DNA from: Ostrea edulis
Taxonomy: Eukaryota
Direction of reading: 5' to 3'
DNA length: 64,000 nt
Assembly: GCF_947568905.1 (NCBI RefSeq)
Contig: NC_079173.1
Coordinates: forward strand, 12,834,001-12,898,000
In this document: positions 61,001 to 64,000 of the stretch, piece after piece
Layout of the letters: each line of letters opens with the position of its first letter
Position numbering within the stretch: position 1 is the first letter of the stretch
Made by a program: the position numbers and the translations under genes
Notes under the pieces: model-generated
Databases searched by the model: none
Told to the model about the DNA's origin: nothing
The model's input: only the letters and a program-made list of their open reading frames with translations

Positions 61001-63346
61001 TTACAGTAAATACACGCACCTGGATAACCATCCATCCCTTACAGTAAATACACACACCTGGTGAACATCCATCCCTTACAGTAAATACACGCACCTGGAT
61101 ACACATCCATCCCTTACAGTAAATACACGCACCTGGATAAACATCCATTTCTTACAGTAAATACACGCACCTGGATAAACATCCATCCCTTACAGTAAAT
61201 ACACGCACCTGGATAAACATCAATCTCTTACAGCAAATACACGCACCGGGGTAAACATCAATCTCTTACAGCAAATACACGCACCTGGATAAACATTCAT
61301 CTCTTACAATAAATACATGTACCTGGATAAACATTCATCCCTTACAGTAAATACACGCACCTGGATAAACATCCATCCCTTACAGTAAATACACACACCT
61401 GGTGAACATCCATCTCTTACAGTAAATACACGCACCTGGATAAACATCAATCTCTTACAGTAAATACACGCACCTGGATAAACATTCATTTCTTACAGTA
61501 AATACACGCACCTGGATAAACATCCATCCCTTACAGTAAATACACGCACCTGGATAAACATCCATCCCTTACAGTAAATACACGCACCTGGATAAACATT
61601 CATTTCTTACAGTAAATACACGCACCTGGATAAACATCCATCCCTTACAGTAAATACACGCACCTGGATAAACATCCATCCCTTACAGTAAATACACGCA
61701 CCTGGATACACATCCATCTCTTACAGTAAATACACGCACCTGGATACACATCCATCCCTTACAGTAAATACACGCACCTGGATAAACATTCATTTCTTAC
61801 AGTAAATACACGCACCTGGATAAACATCCATCCCTTACAGTAAATACACACACCTGGATAACCATCCATCCCTTACAGTAAATACACGCACCTGGATAAA
61901 CATCCATTTCTTACAGTAAATACACGCACCTGGATAAACATCCATTCCTTACAGTAAATACACGCACCTGGATAAACATCCATCCCTTACAGTAAATACA
62001 CGCACCTGGATAAACATCCATCCCTTACAGTAAATACACGCACCTGGATAAACATTCATTTCTTACAGTAAATACACGCACCTGGATAAACATCCATCCC
62101 TTACAGTAAATACACGCACCTGGATAACCATCCATCCCTTACAGTAAATACACGCACCTGGATACACATCCATCTCTTACAGTAAATACACGCACCTGGA
62201 TATACATCCATCCCTTACAGTAAATACACGCACCTGGATAAACATTCATTTCTTACAGTAAATACACGCACCTGGATAAACATCCATCCCTTACAGTAAA
62301 TACACACACCTGGATAACCATCCATCCCTTACAGTAAATACACGCACCTGGATAAACATCCATTTCTTACAGTAAATACACGCACCTGGATAAACATCCA
62401 TTCCTTACAGTAAATACACGCACCTGGATAAACATCCATTTCTTACAGTAAATACATGGCGTTACATGTTTCTCCGTCGTTATCCTGTACTTGTATTTCC
62501 AGATATCAACGAATGTGTGACTTTATGGAGACCTTGTTCTGGCCGCGGGAAGTGTGTCAACTCTTATGGCAGTTACTTCTGTAGGTGCTTTGCAGACTGG
62601 GAAGGGAAAAGATGCGAAAAAAGTAAGCAAGTTAGATTAAACGGATATCATAACACTTTTTGCATATTGATTGTGATTTTCTCTCTCTCGGAAAAATGTG
62701 GATGTAGAATACAGCAAACCAGCATTTAGTAATCTGTAGAATTTGCTCACTCGAAATCCTTTCGAATATCTATTATCAAGAAGAATGCATGCAGTGTAAA
62801 TATTACAAGTATAGCTCTTTCGAATACCTTTTGATACGAACACTTTCACCGTCGGTGATTTGCAAATAAAATAATCATGAATAAAAATTGTTTGCAATGT
62901 GTGTATTTTCTCTCCCTTTATGCATGATTATTTCTCTCATATCTACGTATGTAAGATACAGATATTCTATGAAAGAAAGGTATGTAAGATATTTCTATCT
63001 TTCATATCACGTGACGTTTATCTTACATATCCTGTGATGTCACAATCAATCCACAACTAGCTTGCAACTTGCCTCGCCTCGATTGACGAACACTAGCGTC
63101 TGCAAAGCTCTTGTACAAAAAATGACAAATTGTAATGTCCCTGATAATCTCCAGGTGTATGTGACCGGACACAAAAATACACATTCCTTGAACAATTACT
63201 GCACACTCAACAACAGTCACAAATTCCTCATACACCTATGTCATCCGGTGCATTATGCCCGTACACAGAAACCCAGCCCACACGGTCTATTACTTCTAGG
63301 CCTACCTCCGCATTCACTCTGTCAACGTCTACTGTCCGTGTCTCAG
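21714..63346 (+). CDS. Multi-exon gene (22 coding exons found, 3' end outside window): secreted or cell-surface CUB-CUB-Ig-EGF(x12)-mucin stalk protein
   Basis: All 22 exons have AG/GT boundaries and join in one open frame (2782 nt, about 927 aa). Domain motifs are recognisable in the translation. Confidence 0.9.
22672..22840. repeat. 52-bp tandem repeat, about 3.2 copies
   Basis: gccga anchors at 22676, 22728, 22780, 22832. Confidence 0.95.
22930..22979. repeat. (CT)n microsatellite
   Basis: Direct reading. Confidence 0.98.
23030..23560 (-). mobile_element. CR1-like LINE 3' coding remnant
   Basis: QLRNNANVLNAKLFNN and CQNCGFHTEHVNHYFLECPYY knuckle on the minus strand. Confidence 0.6.
23968..24104. 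other. Imperfect palindrome (hairpin centre of a putative foldback element)
   Basis: Arms 23988-24017 and 24060-24089 are 27/30 complementary. Confidence 0.85.
24367..24590. repeat. 22-bp minisatellite, about 10 copies
   Basis: Unit tgcaggagcagagtattcacat. Confidence 0.95.
24832..25296. repeat. 40-bp minisatellite, about 11.5 copies
   Basis: Unit gtacgttaatgaatatgaggtatgtgtcgtgaaatgttca. Confidence 0.97.
26328..26496 (+). mobile_element. Naiad-type 3' terminal fragment
   Basis: caagatatagagctcacgg...cttcactttcat. Confidence 0.85.
27190..27246 (-). mobile_element. Very short Naiad-type terminus
   Basis: atgaaaagtgaagataacgaacagtgatgaatc. Confidence 0.75.
29542..29635 (+). CDS. Exon 2: start of CUB1 (LSQCDNELSIPLGLETFRMKFPSDNKTVYG)
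   Basis: ccag acceptor, gtaagt donor, phase 1 to 2, C...FPS.N..YG CUB start motif. Confidence 0.85.
30157..30412 (-). mobile_element. V-SINE-like element with (TATG)n tail
   Basis: GGAGGAAACCGGAGTAC.CGGAGGAAACCCAC V-domain signature, B box ggttcgatccc on the minus strand, (CATA)n on +. Confidence 0.75.
31149..31230. repeat. Compound (TA)n-(GA)n microsatellite
   Basis: Direct reading. Confidence 0.98.
31741..31794. repeat. (CT)n microsatellite
   Basis: Direct reading. Confidence 0.98.
33522..33631 (+). CDS. Exon 3: CUB1 middle (FLLCEWRFVTDSPEKGIVYQLSNIGIDCGDTLLVYT)
   Basis: tcag acceptor, gtgagt donor, phase 2 to 1, CxW and CxDxLxVY CUB motifs. Confidence 0.88.
33733..34000 (-). mobile_element. 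Meta-type SINE family A
   Basis: (GATT)n tail on +, ends ggatccccacgg. Confidence 0.88.
34549..34707 (+). CDS. Exon 4: end of CUB1 (DTPDYDKGICCTNC...SLNSDGTTNAHESGFTLDLIAAKGF)
   Basis: taag acceptor, gtaggt donor (alternative in-phase donor at 34702), SD...SGF CUB end motif. Confidence 0.8.
34775..35103 (+). mobile_element. Naiad-type ORF end plus 3' UTR (young copy)
   Basis: GRYNDLVRQYNLALGQMLSDVFHTDC* then UTR ending caccttgcat. Confidence 0.9.
35105..35216 (-). mobile_element. Partial Meta-type SINE
   Basis: agacgtcaccagctgtaggtg...cctccgtgtttaagg. Confidence 0.5.
35225..35823 (-). mobile_element. HINE-like element with degenerate monomers
   Basis: 5' end (minus) aacaagacactcatggaccacatcgctcatccgag, repeated tgacctt..gacctact motifs. 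Confidence 0.6.
36003..36084 (+). CDS. Exon 5: start of CUB2 (ETCPTQPIQVTSEKQQIASPQFPGQYLA)
   Basis: ttctttcag acceptor, gtgagt donor, phase 1 to 2, canonical C...I.SP.FP..Y motif. Confidence 0.88.
36385..37470. repeat. 21-bp unit arrays in alternating orientation (foldback-like)
   Basis: About 23 units of gtcgatataatgatctgacaa at 36885-37367, flanked by degenerate reverse-complement units (tgtcgacttgtcagataatta). Confidence 0.9.
37797..37921 (+). CDS. Exon 6: CUB2 middle (NLNCKIELTAPSGVTLRFEYIDVETHTECHKSCCDVIHIYE)
   Basis: tacag acceptor, gtgatt donor, phase 2 to 1, NxNC..I.AP..V.L.F..IDVE motif. Confidence 0.88.
38275..38430 (+). CDS. Exon 7: end of CUB2 (GTIKPGNEPISSICYK...ESTGTTLTLQLVTDDQVPRRGFVAIVQ)
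   Basis: gcag acceptor, gtatcg donor, S.G..LTL.L.TD....RGF motif. Confidence 0.9.
38597..38685 (+). mobile_element. Naiad-type 3' terminal fragment
   Basis: ccaggggtccgtg...caccttgcat. Confidence 0.88.
38886..39410. repeat. 30-bp minisatellite (about 9 copies) split by a Naiad insertion, with 29-bp units on the right side
   Basis: Unit caagatggggttagtactgccaaacggtag. Confidence 0.95.
39150..39321 (+). mobile_element. Naiad-type 3' terminal fragment inside the minisatellite
   Basis: caagatatagggcttacgg...cacctttca. Confidence 0.88.
40695..41000 (+). mobile_element. Naiad-type RT core remnant
   Basis: GIPMNSNCVPLLA and PSELEMKETTESSTYASYLDVLLNID. Confidence 0.8.
42997..43053. repeat. (CT)n microsatellite
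   Basis: Direct reading. Confidence 0.98.
43364..43435 (+). CDS. Exon 8: Thr/Pro-rich linker (AKEGNSTLVTVTPEVTDATVPLIT)
   Basis: tttcag acceptor, gtagga donor, phase 1-1, open frame, linker-like composition. Confidence 0.7.
44338..44524 (+). mobile_element. Naiad-type 3' UTR fragment ending about 60 bp upstream of the Ig exon
   Basis: ctccgtttacc...cttcgcctttcat. Confidence 0.85.
44586..44858 (+). CDS. Exon 9: Ig-like (I-set-type) domain
   Basis: ELRC...ITWTKDG...SLVI..ILKEDGGLYVCEA. tgtag acceptor, gtattt donor, phase 1-1. Confidence 0.93.
45538..45648 (+). CDS. Exon 10: EGF1 (CDQNTCLNGGTCFETTNSYRCECVPGYEGTRCEK)
   Basis: 6-Cys EGF spacing, ttag/gtaagc, phase 1-1. Confidence 0.93.
46099..46218 (+). 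CDS. Exon 11: EGF2, calcium-binding type (DIDECQELNICNNGSCINTQGSYNC...)
   Basis: DIDEC and CxNxxGSYxC motifs, phase 1-1. Confidence 0.93.
47530..47632 (+). mobile_element. Degenerate Naiad-type terminal fragment
   Basis: aggcatctgattccc..gttatgagattgatcactgttcgttatctt. Confidence 0.75.
47948..48067 (+). CDS. Exon 12: EGF3, calcium-binding type (DVNECEVNQSLCAPHGVCVNTKGGFVC...)
   Basis: DVNEC motif, 6 Cys, acag/gtaagg, phase 1-1. Confidence 0.93.
48382..48504 (+). CDS. Exon 13: EGF4, type A copy 1 (DIDECESMTSVCSGNGRCSNRPGSFSC...)
   Basis: Calcium-binding EGF motif, phase 1-1. Confidence 0.93.
49180..49299 (+). CDS. Exon 14: EGF5, type B copy 1 (SCIHIPCKHNGSCLLDDTTKKYHCVCAEGFEGEYCQK)
   Basis: 6 Cys, ttag/gtaagt, phase 1-1. 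Confidence 0.93.
49352..49540 (-). mobile_element. Old Naiad-type 3' UTR fragment after EGF exon B1
   Basis: acgaacagtgatcaatttcataa...ccgtgagctctctatcttgattaggtaaatggagtaatcc. Confidence 0.75.
49575..49753 (-). mobile_element. Degraded Meta-type SINE family A
   Basis: ttattctaacccagatcccctaggg head on +. Confidence 0.65.
49755..50050 (-). mobile_element. Naiad-type RT remnant
   Basis: ELKVEDTIASFKSASYLDILLNIDVNGKWTTQVYD. Confidence 0.8.
50478..50666 (+). mobile_element. Naiad-type 3' UTR (left member of a tail-to-tail pair)
   Basis: gactccgtttacctgatc...cacctttcat. Confidence 0.88.
50702..51145 (-). mobile_element. Naiad-type ORF end plus 3' UTR (right member of a tail-to-tail pair)
   Basis: atgaaaagtgatgataacgaac...tcttgcgtatcgaaccagttgagaga. 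Confidence 0.82.
51901..52023 (+). CDS. Exon 15: EGF6, type A copy 2
   Basis: DIDECKTMKTVCSGNGRCLNEPGSFSCVCNVGWKGPRCSVK, phase 1-1. Confidence 0.93.
52283..52402 (+). CDS. Exon 16: EGF7, type B copy 2
   Basis: VEPSCIQIPCKHNGSCLMDDTTKKYRCVCAKGFEGEYCQK, phase 1-1. Confidence 0.93.
52531..52745 (-). mobile_element. Young Naiad-type 3' UTR
   Basis: atgcaaggtgaagataacg...gtcaaaatcagtg. Confidence 0.9.
52935..53155. repeat. Helentron-associated satellite-like monomer remnant (about 165 bp)
   Basis: aaattgtaaatttca(g/t)ga recurs at about 52975 and 53135. Confidence 0.5.
53158..53282 (+). mobile_element. Naiad-type 3' terminal fragment
   Basis: ttactcctccgagacacctgatccc...tatcttcaccc. Confidence 0.82.
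53465..53587 (+). CDS. Exon 17: EGF8, type A copy 3
   Basis: DIDECNTIKSLCSGNGRCLNEPGSFSCVCNAGWKGPRCSVK, phase 1-1. Confidence 0.93.
53853..53972 (+). CDS. Exon 18: EGF9, type B copy 3
   Basis: VEPSCIQIPCKHNGSCLLDDISNKYHCVCAEGFEGEYCQK, phase 1-1. Confidence 0.93.
54190..55520 (-). mobile_element. Degraded Naiad-type element (RT N-terminal part to 3' UTR, internally deleted)
   Basis: ILKNLKSQNFSQI..KPYEFSTFYTTIP, PKLPKTIFKQRFIAASNKYSTKPLS-like segment, RT tail and UTR. Confidence 0.8.
55907..56029 (+). CDS. Exon 19: EGF10, type A copy 4
   Basis: DIDECKTITSACSGNGRCINRPGGFSCVCDSGWEGSRCSIK, phase 1-1. Confidence 0.93.
56080..56291 (+). mobile_element. Young Naiad-type 3' UTR
   Basis: cactgattttgactgcgg...cttcgccttgcat. 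Confidence 0.9.
56690..57570 (-). mobile_element. Degraded Naiad-type RT core to 3' UTR
   Basis: atgaaaaagtgaagataac terminus, gcccatcagatttccaac (GIPMG region). Confidence 0.78.
57721..57840 (+). CDS. Exon 20: EGF11, type B copy 4
   Basis: VKPSCIQIPCKDGGSCILNDTTNSYRCVCADGFEGEFCGK, ccag/gtgagt, phase 1-1. Confidence 0.93.
58093..58221. other. Imperfect palindrome
   Basis: gttatcc..ccaattaa..ggggattt..gtatt versus aatac.aaatcccc..ttaattgg..ggataac. Confidence 0.7.
58722..58981 (-). mobile_element. Meta-type SINE family A (young)
   Basis: (GATT)n tail on +, ends ccggatccccacggg. Confidence 0.88.
59262..59537. repeat. Degenerate repeat of about 18 bp (gtacagaggtgttatcag)
   Basis: Direct reading. 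Confidence 0.85.
59538..62457. repeat. 38-bp satellite, about 77 copies, intronic
   Basis: Unit ggataaacatccatcccttacagtaaatacacgcacct. Confidence 0.98.
62503..62622 (+). CDS. Exon 21: EGF12, calcium-binding type
   Basis: DINECVTLWRPCSGRGKCVNSYGSYFCRCFADWEGKRCEK, ccag/gtaagc, phase 1-1. Confidence 0.93.
63155..63346 (+). CDS. Exon 22: Ser/Thr/Pro/Gln-rich stalk (SVCDRTQKYTF...TQPTRSITSRPTSAFTLSTSTVRVS)
   Basis: ctccag acceptor, gtgaaa donor, phase 1-1, 63-codon open frame, mucin-like composition. Confidence 0.72.
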
Positions 63347-63830
63347 GTGAAATAAGTGCCTTCAATGTCCAAGAGACTCAAGTCCTTGCACGCGTGAAAA
63401 ACGAAAGTCTAGCCATGCCCATATTCACCAACAAAAACCACTTGGAATTCCTCTTCACACACTCGTCATTAAATAACTGCTCAATTAATATCAATATCAA
63501 TGCTCCTCTAAGAAGAAAAAACCCGTGCAGTTGTGAATGCATATTCTGATTAGGTCTGTCAAAATGTTTCGCGCTGATGACTGTCGAGTTACGTCACGCA
63601 CCCTGATTATTGATTTATTCAAAGAGGAATAACTCTAATACAATTCACTTATACACTCGTCGGCCGATTTTTTGTTGGCAACGTAGTTGCCAAAATGAAG
63701 GTCGTAGAATTCGATTCTGGTGTTATTTTTAATGTACAACGAAAAATTAATTAATTGGAAAATTCTCAAAATGGCGTCGCTACGCACAAGGAAAACGGAA
63801 AACTCTAGAAATATGAGAGAAAAATACTCT

Positions 63831-63973
63831 CTTATGAGTTGCCATGAAATATTAAGGTGATTCCACCCTCGGGGTTGCAAAAAAGCGGTAAAACCCTCGG
63901 CAAAGCCTCGGGTTTCACAGCTTTTTTGCAACCCTCGGGTGGAATCACCTTGTATTTCATGGCTACTCATAAG
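63831..63973. other. 143-bp quasi-palindrome (centre of a putative foldback/MITE element)
   Basis: Arms of about 70 bp (cttatgag..gattccacc..gttgcaaaaaagc) around a 3-nt AAA loop. Confidence 0.9.
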
Positions 63974-64000
63974 TCTTATAATCTTCTTAGTTACATAAAA

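Overview
AT-rich eukaryotic DNA, very rich in repeats. The repeat families resemble those of bivalves, probably an oyster (my inference, not verified). One multi-exon gene on the + strand can be assembled by hand from GT-AG boundaries with consistent phases. It has 22 coding exons from 21714 to 63346, gives about 927 aa, and continues beyond the window. Its domain order is signal peptide - CUB - CUB - Thr-rich linker - Ig - 12 EGF - Ser/Thr/Pro-rich stalk. Eight of the EGF exons are a recently multiplied exon pair (x4). The rest of the window is transposon-derived: more than 20 fragments of a Penelope-like retroelement whose ORF ends with RT (Naiad-type), two Meta-type SINE families, a V-SINE, LINE remnants, a Tc1 remnant, a TTAA-flanked DNA transposon with a tRNA-like insert, Helentron-like elements carrying 160-170 bp monomers, quasi-palindromes, and mini/microsatellites including a 2.9 kb array of 38-bp units. 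The most unusual observation is a 41-bp x11 minisatellite (9748-10203) whose unit is the extreme 3' terminus of the Penelope-like element plus 17 nt of flank. Related signs are a predicted structured 3' UTR and a CAT junction bias. All alignments and folds were done by eye.
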